DNA from: Auanema rhodensis
Lineage: Eukaryota > Animalia > Nematoda
Reading direction: 5' to 3'
DNA: 64,000 nt
Assembly (NCBI GenBank): GCA_964057225.1
Contig: OZ059895.1
Location: forward strand, 10,168,001-10,232,000
Position numbers and translations under genes: made by a program. Below the pieces are notes generated by a model. It worked only from the letters and a program-made list of their open reading frames with translations. It searched no databases and was not told the origin of the DNA. Positions 12,197-23,018 of this stretch are shown piece after piece; the first letter of the stretch is position 1; each line of letters starts with the position of its first letter.

Positions 12197-13255
12197 GTCT
12201 CTCACTTCCCTAAACAACCGCTTTGTCAACGAATAGGATGAATCTTCATCTGTCATTTGCGGATACAGCAGTTTATGCAGCCTTTCGATCTCCGAGCAGA
12301 AGTGTTCGACTCCGCCCGGCCCCTCTTTCATTTTTAATGCCTCAAATTATTCCCCTGCCTTCCATAACCCTACACCTTCGTGCCCTTTTATTGCCTTTTT
12401 CAGGTAAACTAGCTTACTTCCCAAAGTGCTTTCAGGAGCCGATCGGAACACCGACAACGGTTTGCCTTCGAGCGAGGCTTCGAAAAGAATGCAGCGTTCC
12501 TCTTCACTAAACGCATTGAGTGGGTACTTCATTTTAAAAATTGCTATGTGCTTAGCCAGTACCTGTGAGTCCGCTGGACTCTCTCCCCTAAATTTTGCTA
12601 GATCCGGTAAGGCGTTAGCCATTAACGCTTGCACTTCCAGCGTCACAGACGCCTTCTCCATAGACTCTTCCAGCTGAGCCATAAGGCTTGTGAACAGCTG
12701 ATCTGTCCTTTCACTCTCCGTACTGCTCGTTGTAGCCGACTCTGGGCTCCCCTGTCTTCCTCTTATTACATTTTTTTCCCTCCGCTCTAGCGCTACCCGA
12801 TGCGTTTCCTCGTGGAGTTGCGCATTTTCATCTGAAAGCGTGGCTACTCGGCTCTCGAGTCGCTCCATCTGTGCCGTTGCCTCCTGCAACATGCGCACGG
12901 ACTGCGTCTTCTCAGCCCGCAGCTTACTCACAAGCTGCTGAAGTCCCTCGCTCCCTTCTATATTCCACTCTCTGAAAAGTTGCAGGACATCCCTTGTCCA
13001 CTGTTCCGCTTCCCTTAAGGCGCTGGCCATATGCAGCTCGCATATGCGCCCTACTATTTCACTTTCTAGCGCAGTCAAGACATCACCTACTGTTAAGTAA
13101 GCTCTATCAAAAAATTTCGCCTTAAGCGTCTCCTTTACTGACTGCGTCTTCACCGACTCGCAGCAATTGTCTCTCCATACTGCAAGTTCTCTCCTAGCAC
13201 TGTCAACTGTTTGGGCCAAGAGGTGTTCAATAGCCTCACGGAAATGGCAAAGCAT
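12197..13255 (-). pseudogene. gag: gag-like ORF (N-terminal coiled coil plus retrotransposon capsid-like region), nonsense-interrupted and truncated
   Basis: The 302-aa ORF 13255-12347 has a heptad-rich segment followed by LPDLAKFRG...FKMKYP...LEGKPLSVFRS. After a single TAA (12349-12347) the same frame continues FEALKMKEGPGGVEHFCSEIERL... until the satellite junction. These motifs resemble nematode Cer/Gypsy Gag. This is recognition from memory, not a database hit. Confidence 0.72.
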
Positions 13256-13294
13256 GTTTTATTAGGTTATTTTGAGCGCAGCAAAAAAGAGGTA

Positions 13295-13723
13295 TGTAAT
13301 AACGACAACTACTTCTATATGGTACTTAGATTTTTGTTGAAAGTTGGTTCGACTCCATGCGAAAGCGTAACGAATATCAAAAGGTTCTCTTTCTTTTACT
13401 CACTAAGTCCAAAAATACAAAAGAGTCTTTACTAGAACGACAAACAATCAATAAAAACGAACAGAGATAAATATACTAACTATAACGATATAGCTACCAA
13501 AGCTAATGTCTATAGAAACACAACTCAAAAAATATAGAACGTACGAGCGAGTACAACAAGTATAGTTAACCACGAGTAACCATATCATCCGTTAAGTTTC
13601 ACCATTATATCCCTTACATAACTATTCCCTAACTATAGATCAAAAATAGATCTTAACTATAACTACAGAGTACATAGACTATAACTCAATGTGTGTTACA
13701 GTATGAATGATAACTATGTGACA
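13295..13723 (-). promoter_or_regulatory. Putative 5' LTR (inner boundary either 13295 or 13358)
   Basis: The minus strand starts TGTCAC at 13723 and contains TATAA and AGTAAA-like signals. Candidate ends are ...TTATTACA (13295) or ...TTCGCA followed by TGGAGTCGAACC (13358). Confidence 0.55.
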
Positions 13724-14649
13724 TTAGAATATTTAATTTTTCATAAAAATCAAACGAAATAGCAAGTTGAGCCCGCCGGAAAACATGATTACTATGGATA
13801 TATGCTTACAAAATTTGTTTTAAATTTTTCAATCAACCCATTCTTAGTTAAATCAGATGTAGCACGTACTTCTAGGACAAAAAATAAAATTTTTTGAATA
13901 TTTAATTTTTCATAAAAATCGAACAAAATAGCAACTTCAGCCCGCCGGAAAATATGATTAATATGTTTCTGTGCTGACAAAATTTGTTTTACCTTTTTAA
14001 TCAACTAATTCTTAGTTGAATCAGATGTAGCACGTACTTCTAGGACGAAAAATAAAACTTTTAGAATATTTAATTTTTCATAAAAATCAAACGAAATAGC
14101 AAATTGAACCCACCGCAAAACATGATTACTATGGATATAATAAAAATTTTGGACTTAAAACGTGGAGAAAACCTATTGAAGTTGGAGAATAAAGTTCAAA
14201 ACAGTTAAATGAAGTAGATTAAACTCGAATAATTGTGAAAAACATATTTATACTTTTTTAATGATTGTATTGTTTTAAGGTGTAGAAAGCAGAATGTAAA
14301 TGGTCGAGCTGCAGAATTAGCTGAACAGTATGAGAAGATGATACAGGAGGAAGTGGCAGTAGTGAACTCTACTTCAACTACAGCTCAAGAAGCTTCAGTC
14401 CAGGAACAAGAGGAAGTGCAGTATCCCCATCTCGTTATATTATCTTTCTTTTATTTATTTCTTTTTTGTTTAGAGCTCTGTTCGTTATGACTCCCGAATG
14501 AGCCAATGCCGTGGAATAAAGAAATTATGGTTTTTCCTTCCGGAAGCATCCGCTCATCCTTACTTCTGTGCTAACAAAATTTGTTTTACTTTTTTAATCA
14601 ACTAATTCTCAGTTGAATAAGATGTAGCACGTACTTCTAGGACAAGAAA
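13724..14649 (-). repeat. 168-bp satellite, reverse orientation, interrupted by a 424-bp insert
   Basis: Satellite monomers at 13724-14139 and 14564-14649. Confidence 0.93.
14140..14563 (+). pseudogene. Captured 424-bp genomic fragment of an intron-containing gene, copy 1
   Basis: Non-satellite sequence. A TTTTAAG acceptor precedes an open purine-rich exon 14280-14415 (CRKQNVNGRAAELAEQYEKMIQEEVAVVNSTSTTAQEASVQEQEE). A 58-nt pyrimidine-rich intron 14416-14473 ends TTGTTTAG, and exon 14474-14563 is in frame (SSVRYDSRMSQCRGIKKLWFFLPEASAHPY). The donor GTGCAG is weak. Confidence 0.6.
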
Positions 14650-17112
14650 GTTTATTTTTAGCCCTAGAAATACGTGCAAGATCTCATGCAACTTAAAATT
14701 AACTGTTTAATAATATAAATTAAGTTTTGTGAGCATATATCCATAGCAATCATGTTTTGCGGCGGGTTCAACTTGCTATTTCGTTTGATTTTTATGAAAA
14801 ATTAAATATTCTAAAAGTTTTATTTTTCGTCCTAGAAGTACGTGCTACATCTGATTCAACTAAGAATTAGTTGATTAAAAAGGTAAAACAAATTTTGTCA
14901 GCACAGAAACATATTAATCATATTTTCCGGCGGGCTCAAGTTGCTATTTTGTTCGATTTTTATGAAAAATTAAATATTTTGAAATGTTTATTTTTCGCCC
15001 TAGAAATACGTGCAACATCTTATTATCTAAGAAAATTTGAAAATTAAATGATTGAAAAAGTAAAACAGATTTTGTTAGCACAGAAACATATTAATCATAT
15101 TTTACGGCGGGCTCAAATTGCTATTTTGTTCGATTTTTATGAAAAATTGAAAATTTTAAAATGTTTATTTTTAGCCCTAGAAATACGTGCAACATCTTAT
15201 TCAACTCAAAATCAACTGTTTGATAATATAAATTAGGTTTTGTGAGCATATATCCATAGCAATCATGTTTTGCGGCGGGTTCAACTTGCTATTTCGTTTG
15301 ATTTTTATGAAAAATTAAATATTCTAAAAATTTTATTTCTTGTCCTAGAAATACGTGCTACATCTCATTAAACTAAGAATTAGTTGATTGAGGAGGCAAA
15401 ACAAATTTTGTTAGCACAGAACCATATTAATCATATTTTCCGGCGGGCTCAAGTTGCTATTTTGTTCGATTTTCATGAAAAAATAAAAATTTTAAAATGT
15501 TTATTTTTAGCCCTAGAAATACGTGCAACATCTTATTATCTAAGAAAATTTGGAAATTAAATAATTGAAAAAGTAAAACAGATTTTGTTAGCACAGAAAC
15601 ATATTAATCATATTTTAAGGCGGGCTCAAGTTGCTATTTTGTTCGATTTTCATGAAAAAAAAAAAAAAATTTTAAAATGTTTATTTTTAGCCCTAGAAAT
15701 ACGTGCAACATCTTACTCAACTCAAAATCAACTGTTTGATAATATAAATTAGGTTTTGTGAGCATATATCCATAGCAATCATGTTTTGCGGCGGGTTCAA
15801 CTTGCTATTTCGTTTGATTTTTATGAAAAATTAAATATTCTAAAAATTTTATTTCTTGTCCTAGAAATACGTGCTACATCTCATTAAACTAAGAATTAGT
15901 TGATTGAGGAGGCAAAACAAATTTTGTTAGCACAGAACCATATCAATCATATTTTCCGGCGGGCTTAAGTTGCTATTTTATTCGATTTTCATGAAAAAAT
16001 AAAAATTTTTAAATGTTTATTTTTCGCCCTAGAAATACGTGCAACATCTTATTATCTAAGAAAACTTGAAAATTAAATGATTGAAAAAGTAAACCAGATT
16101 TTGTTAGCACAGAAACATATTAATCATATTTTAAGGCGGGCTCAAGTTGCTATTTTGTTCGATTTTCATGAAAAAATAAAAATTTTAAAATGTTTATTTT
16201 TAGCCCTAGAAATACGTGCAACATCTTACTCAACTCAAAATCAACTATTTGATAATATAAATTAGGTTTTGTGAGCATATATCCATAGTAATCATGTTTT
16301 GCGGCGGGTTCAACTTGCTATTTTGTTTGATTTTTATGAAAAATTAAATATTCTAAAACTTTTATTTCTTGTCCTAGAAATACGTGCTACATCTCATTAA
16401 ACTAAGAATTAGTTGATTGAAAAAGCAAAACAAATTTTGTGAGCATATACCCATAGTAATCATGTTTTGCGGCGGGTTCAACTTGCTATTTCGTTTGATT
16501 TTTATGAAAAATTAAATATTCTAAAAATTTTATTTCTTGTCCTAGAAATACGTGCTACATCTCATTAAACTAAGAATTAGTTGATTGAAAAGGCAAAACA
16601 AATTTTGTTAGCACAGAACCATATTAATCATATTTTACGGCGGGCTCAAGTTGCTATTTTGTTCGATTTTTATGAAAAATTGAAAATTTTAAAATGTTTA
16701 TTTTTAGCCCTAGAAATACGTGCAACATCTTATTCAACTCAAAATCAACTGTTTGATAATATAAATTAGGTTTTGTAAGCATATATCCATAGTAATCATG
16801 TTTTGCGGCGGGTTCAACTTGCTATTTCGTTTGATTTTTATGAAAAATTAAATATTTTAAAAATTTTATTTCTTGTCCTAGAAATACGTGCTACATCTCA
16901 TTAAACTAAGAATTAGTTGATTGAAAAGGCAAAACAAATTTTGTTAGCACAGAACCATATTAATCATATTTTCCGGCGGGCTTAAGTTGCTATTTTGTTC
17001 GATTTTCATGAAAAAATAAAAATTTTAAAATGTTTATTTTTAGCCCTAGAAATACGTGCAACATCTTATTATCTAAGAAAATTTGAAAATTAAATGATTG
17101 AAAAAGTGAAAC
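14650..17112 (+). repeat. 168/177-bp satellite, inverted (forward) block 1
   Basis: Boxes now read CCTAGAAATACGTGC and GGCGGG; the satellite ORFs switch to the + strand. Confidence 0.96.
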
Positions 17113-17116
17113 TTCA

Positions 17117-20100
17117 TTTATTTTTTCATGAAAATCGAACAAAATAGCAACTTGAGCCAGTGATTAATATGTTTCTGTGCTGACAAAATTTGTTTTACCT
17201 TTTTAATCAACTAATTCTTAGTTGAATCAGATGTAGCACGTACTTCTAGGACGAAAAATAAAACTTTTAGAATATTTAATTTTTCATAAAAATCAAACGA
17301 AATAGCAAGTTGAACCCGCCGCAAAACATGATTGCTATGGATATATGCTCACAAAACCTAATTTATATTATCAAACAGTTGATTTTGAGTTGAGTAAGAT
17401 GTTGCACGTATTTCTAGGGCTAAAAATAAACATTTTAAAATTTTTATTTTTTCATGAAAATCGAGCAAAATAGCAACTTGAGCCCGCCGGAAAATATGAT
17501 TAATATGGTTCTGTGCTAACAAAATTTGTTTTGCCTTCTCAATCAACTAATTCTCAGTTTAATGAGATGTAGCACGTATTTCTAGGACAAGAAATAAAAT
17601 TTTTAGAATATTTAATTTTTCATAAAAATCAAACGAAATAGCAAGTTGAACCCGCCGCAAAACATGATTGCTATGGATATATGCTCACAAAACCTAGTTT
17701 ATATTATCAAACAGTTGATTTTGGGTTGAGTAAGATGTTGCACGTATTTCTAGGGCTAAAAATAAACATTTTAAAATTTTTATTTTTTCATGAAAATCGA
17801 ACAAAATAGCAACTTGAGCCCGCCTTAAAATATGATTAATATGTTTCTGGGCTAACAAAATCTGTTTTACTTTTTCAATTATTTAATTTTCAAATTTTCT
17901 TAGATAATAAGATGTTGCACGTATTTCTAGGGCTAAAAATAAACATTTTAAAACTTTTATTTTTTCATGAAAATCGAACAAAATAGCAACTTGAGCCCGC
18001 CGGAAAATATGATTAATATGGTTCTGTGCTAACAAAATTTGTTTTGCCTCCTCAATCAACTAATTCTTAGTTTAATGAGATGTAGCACGTATTTCTAGGA
18101 CAAGAAATAAAATTTTTAGAATATTTAATTTTTCATAAAAATCAAACGAAATAGCAAGTTGAACCCGCCGCAAAACATGATTGCTATGGATATATGCTCA
18201 CAAAACCTAATTTATATTATCAAACAGTTGATTTTGAGTTGAGTAAGATGTTGCACGTATTTCTAGGGCTAAAAATAAACATTTTAAAATTTTTATTTTT
18301 TCATGAAAATCGAACAAAATAGCAACTTGAGCCCGCCTTAAAATATGATTAATATGTTTCTGTGCTAACAAAATCTGTTTCACTTTCTCAATCAACTAAT
18401 TCTTAGTTTATTGAGATGTAGCACGTATTTCTAGGACAAGAAATAAAATTTTTAAAATATTTAATTTTTCATAAAAATCAAACGAAATAGCAAGTTGAAC
18501 CCGCCGCAAAACATGATTACTATGGATATATGCTCACAAAACCTGATTTATATTATCAAACAGTTGATTTTGAGTTGAATAAGATGTTGCACGTATTTCT
18601 AGGGCTAAAAATAAACATTTTAAAATTTTTATTTTTTCATGAAAATCGAACAAAATAGCAACTTGAGCCCGCCGTAAAATATGATTAATATGGTTCTGTT
18701 CTAACCAAATTTGTTTTGCCTTTTCAATCAACTAATTCTTAGTTAAATGAGATGTAGCACGTACATCTAGGACAGGAAATAAAATTTGTAGAATATTTAA
18801 TTTTTCATAAAAAACAAACGAAATATCAAGTTGAACCCACCGCAAAACATGATTACTATGGATATATGCTTACAAAACCTAATTTATATTGTCAAATAGT
18901 AAATTTTGAGTTGAATGAGATGTTGCACGTATTTCTAAGGCTAAAAATAAACATTTAAAAAATTTTAATTTTTCATAAAAATCGAACAAAATAGCAACTT
19001 GAGCCCGCCGGAAAATATGATTAATATGGTTCTGTGCTAACAAAATTTGTTATACCTTTTCAATCAACTAATTCTTAGTTAAATGAGATGTAGCACGTAC
19101 ATCTAGGACAGGAAATAAAATTTGTAGAATATTTAATTTTTCATAAAAAACAAACGAAATATCAAGTTGAGCCCACCGCAAAACATGATTACTATGCATA
19201 TATGCTTACAAAACCTAATTTATATTGTCAAATAGTAAATTTTGAGTTGAATGAGATGTTGCACGTATTTCTAAGGCTAAAAATAAACATTTAAAAAATT
19301 TTAATTTTTCATAAAAATCGAACAAAATAGCAACTTGAGCCCGCCGGAAAATATGATCAATATGGTTCTGTGCTAACAAAATTTGTTATACCTTTTCAAT
19401 CAACTAATTCTTAGTTAAATGAGATGTAGCACGTACATCTAGGACAGGAAATAAAATTTGTAGAATATTTAATTTTTCATAAAAAACAAACGAAATATCA
19501 AGTTGAACCCACCGCAAAACATGATTACTATGGATATATGCTTACAAAACCTAATTTATATTGTCAAATAGTAAATTTTGAGTTGAATGAGATGTTGCAC
19601 GTATTTCTAGGGCTAAAAATAAACATTTTAAAAATTTTAATTTTTCATAAAAATCGAACAAAATAGCAATTTGAGCCCGCCGGAAAATATGATTAATATG
19701 GTTCTGTGCTAACAAAGTTTGTTATACCTTTTCAATCAACTAATTCTTAGTTAAATGAGATGTAGCACGTACTTCTAGGACAGGAAATAAAATTTGTAGA
19801 ATATTTAATTTTTCATAAAAATCAAACGAAATATCAAGTTGAACCCACCGCAAAACATGATTACTATGGATATATGCTTACAAAACCTAATTTATATTAT
19901 CAAATAGTTAATTTTGAGTTGAATGAGATGTTGCATGTATTTCTAGGGCTAAAAATAAACATTTTTAAATTTTTAATTTTTCATAAAAATCGAACAAAAT
20001 AGCAACTTGAGCCCGCCGGAAAATATGATTAATATGGTTCTGTGCTAACCAAATTTGTTTTGCCTTTTCAATCATTCCATTCTTAGTTTTTCTTAAATAA

Positions 20101-20565
20101 TAAGATGTTGTACGTATTTATAGAGCTAAAAACAAATATTTTAAAATTTTTAATTTTTCATAAAAATCGAACAAAATAGCAACTTGAGCCCGCCGGAATA
20201 TATGATTAATATGGTTCTGTGCTAACAAAATTGTTATACCTTTTCAGTCAACTAATTCTTAGTTAAATGAGATGTAGCACGTACTTCTAGGACAAGAAAT
20301 AAAATTTGTAGAATATTTAATTTTTCATAAAAATCAAACGAAATAGCAAGTTGAACCTGCCGCAAAACATGATTACTATGGATATAGGCTTACAAAACCT
20401 AATTTATCATATCAAACAATGGATTTTGAGTTGAATAAGATGATGCACGTATTTCTAGGGCTAAAAATAATCATTTTAAAATTTTTAATTTTTCATAAAA
20501 ATCGAACAAAATAGCAACTTGAACCCGCCGGAAAATATGATTACTATGGATATATGCTTACAAAA
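17117..20565 (-). repeat. 168/177-bp satellite, reverse orientation (young type to ~18718, old type thereafter)
   Basis: Reverse boxes. Diagnostic variants switch abruptly (GCTCACAAAA to GCTTACAAAA; GTACATCTAGGACAGG) at the duplication junction. Confidence 0.95.
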
Positions 20566-21624
20566 GTCTCTCACTTCCCTAAACAACCGCTTTGTCAACG
20601 AATAGGATGAATCTTCATCTGTCATTTGCGGATACAGCAGTTTATGCAGCCTTTCGATCTCCGAGCAGAAGTGTTCGACTCCGCCCGGCCCCTCTTTCAT
20701 TTTTAATGCCTCAAATTATTCCCCTGCTTTCCATAACCCTACACCTTCGTGCCCTTTTATTGCCTTTTTCAGGTAAACTAGCTTACTTCCCAAAGTGCTT
20801 TCAGGAGCCGATCGGAACACCGACAACGGTTTGCCTTCGAGCGAGGCTTCGAAAAGAATGCAGCGTTCCTCTTCACTAAACGCATTGAGTGGGTACTTCA
20901 TTTTAAAAATTGCTATGTGCTTAGCCAGTACCTGTGAGTCCGCTGGACTCTCTCCCCTAAATTTTGCTAGATCCGGTAAGGCGTTAGCCATTAACGCTTG
21001 CACTTCCAGCGTCACAGACGCCTTCTCCATAGACTCTTCCAGCTGAGCCATAAGGCTTGTGAACAGCTGATCTGTCCTTTCACTCTCCGTACTGCTCGTT
21101 GTAGCCGACTCTGGGCTCCCCTGTCTTCCTCTTATTACATTTTTTTCCCTCCGCTCTAGCGCTACCCGATGCGTTTCCTCGTGGAGTTGCGCATTTTCAT
21201 CTGAAAGCGTGGCTACTCGGCTCTCGAGTCGCTCCATCTGTGCCGTTGCCTCCTGCAACATGCGCACGGACTGCGTCTTCTCAGCCCGCAGCTTACTCAC
21301 AAGCTGCTGAAGTCCCTCGCTCCCTTCTATATTCCACTCTCTGAAAAGTTGCAGGACATCCCTTGTCCACTGTTCCGCTTCCCTTAAGGCGCTGGCCATA
21401 TGCAGCTCGCATATGCGCCCTACTATTTCACTTTCTAGCGCAGTCAAGACATCACCTACTGTTAAGTAAGCTCTATCAAAAAATTTCGCCTTAAGCGTCT
21501 CCTTTACTGACTGCGTCTTCACCGACTCGCAGCAATTGTCTCTCCATACTGCAAGTTCTCTCCTAGCACTGTCAACTGTTTGGGCCAAGAGGTGTTCAAT
21601 AGCCTCACGGAAATGGCAAAGCAT
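20566..21624 (-). pseudogene. gag: gag-like ORF, copy 2
   Basis: ORF 21624-20716 plus an in-frame continuation 20700-20566; protein identical to copy 1. Confidence 0.72.
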
Positions 21625-22092
21625 GTTTTATTAGGTTATTTTGAGCGCAGCAAAAAAGAGGTATGTAATAACGACAACTACTTCTATATGGTACTTAGAT
21701 TTTTGTTGAAAGTTGGTTCGACTCCATGCGAAAGCGTAACGAATATCAAAAGGTTCTCTTTCTTTTACTCACTAAGTCCAAAAATACAAAAGAGTCTTTA
21801 CTAGAACGACAAACAATCAATAAAAACGAACAGAGATAAATATACTAACTATAACGATATAGCTACCAAAGCTAATGTCTATAGAAACACAACTCAAAAA
21901 ATATAGAACGTACGAGCGAGTACAACAAGTATAGTTAACCACGAGTAACCATATCATCCGTTAAGTTTCACCATTATATCCCTTACATAACTATTCCCTA
22001 ACTATAGATCAAAAATAGATCTTAACTATAACTACAGAGTACATAGACTATAACTCAATGTGTGTTACAGTATGAATGATAACTATGTGACA
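20566..22092 (-). mobile_element. Truncated Ty3/Gypsy-like LTR retrotransposon, copy 2 (made by the duplication, not by transposition)
   Basis: Same junctions as copy 1 at offset 8369, and the same 302-aa translation. One synonymous difference was seen (12359 C vs 20728 T). Confidence 0.8.
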
Positions 22093-23018
22093 TTAGAATA
22101 TTTAATTTTTCATAAAAATCAAACGAAATAGCAAGTTGAGCCCGCCGGAAAACATGATTACTATGGATATATGCTTACAAAATTTGTTTTAAATTTTTCA
22201 ATCAACCCATTCTTAGTTAAATCAGATGTAGCACGTACTTCTAGGACAAAAAATAAAATTTTTTGAATATTTAATTTTTCATAAAAATCGAACAAAATAG
22301 CAACTTCAGCCCGCCGGAAAATATGATTAATATGTTTCTGTGCTGACAAAATTTGTTTTACCTTTTTAATCAACTAATTCTTAGTTGAATCAGATGTAGC
22401 ACGTACTTCTAGGACGAAAAATAAAACTTTTAGAATATTTAATTTTTCATAAAAATCAAACGAAATAGCAAATTGAACCCACCGCAAAACATGATTACTA
22501 TGGATATAATAAAAATTTTGGACTTAAAACGTGGAGAAAACCTATTGAAGTTGGAGAATAAAGTTCAAAACAGTTAAATGAAGTAGATTAAACTCGAATA
22601 ATTGTGAAAAACATATTTATACTTTTTTAATGATTGTATTGTTTTAAGGTGTAGAAAGCAGAATGTAAATGGTCGAGCTGCAGAATTAGCTGAACAGTAT
22701 GAGAAGATGATACAGGAGGAAGTGGCAGTAGTGAACTCTACTTCAACTACAGCTCAAGAAGCTTCAGTCCAGGAACAAGAGGAAGTGCAGTATCCCCATC
22801 TCGTTATATTATCTTTCTTTTATTTATTTCTTTTTTGTTTAGAGCTCTGTTCGTTATGACTCCCGAATGAGCCAATGCCGTGGAATAAAGAAATTATGGT
22901 TTTTCCTTCCGGAAGCATCCGCTCATCCTTACTTCTGTGCTAACAAAATTTGTTTTACTTTTTTAATCAACTAATTCTCAGTTGAATAAGATGTAGCACG
23001 TACTTCTAGGACAAGAAA
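22093..23018 (-). repeat. 168-bp satellite, reverse orientation, interrupted by insert copy 2
   Basis: Equivalent of 13724-14649 at +8369. Confidence 0.93.
22509..22932 (+). pseudogene. Captured 424-bp gene fragment, copy 2
   Basis: Equivalent of 14140-14563 at +8369. Confidence 0.6.

Larger units (their letters stand above)
12197..13723 (-). mobile_element. 3'-truncated Ty3/Gypsy-like LTR retrotransposon (5' LTR plus partial gag), copy 1
   Basis: Non-satellite 1.53-kb insert whose coding part is GC-richer than the flanks. The right boundary reads TGTCAC on the minus strand (LTR TG start) directly against satellite. A gag-like ORF follows. There is no pol or second LTR, and the left end is fused to satellite at GCTTACAAAA|GTCTC. 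Confidence 0.8.
10350..18718. repeat. 8.37-kb tandem segmental duplication, copy 1
   Basis: ORF offsets of 8369 (12347 to 20716; 13792 to 22161), then 8370 (16077 to 24447; 18207 to 26577) after a 1-bp indel at ~23440. The sequence at 10352 matches that at 18721. Confidence 0.95.

Noticed and set aside
13310-13375. tRNA gene or SINE around GGTTCGACTCC
   Set aside because: Only 3 bp of T-stem, no properly spaced A box, and no cloverleaf or acceptor stem.
12223-13435. Plus-strand ORFs of 95, 83 and 74 aa (and their copies at +8369)
   Set aside because: Antisense shadows of the gag/LTR region with no recognisable motifs.
20566-22092. Two independent LTR insertions, or the two LTRs bounding one 8.8-kb element
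   Set aside because: Both copies share identical truncation points and flanks extending kilobases on both sides, which the segmental duplication explains.
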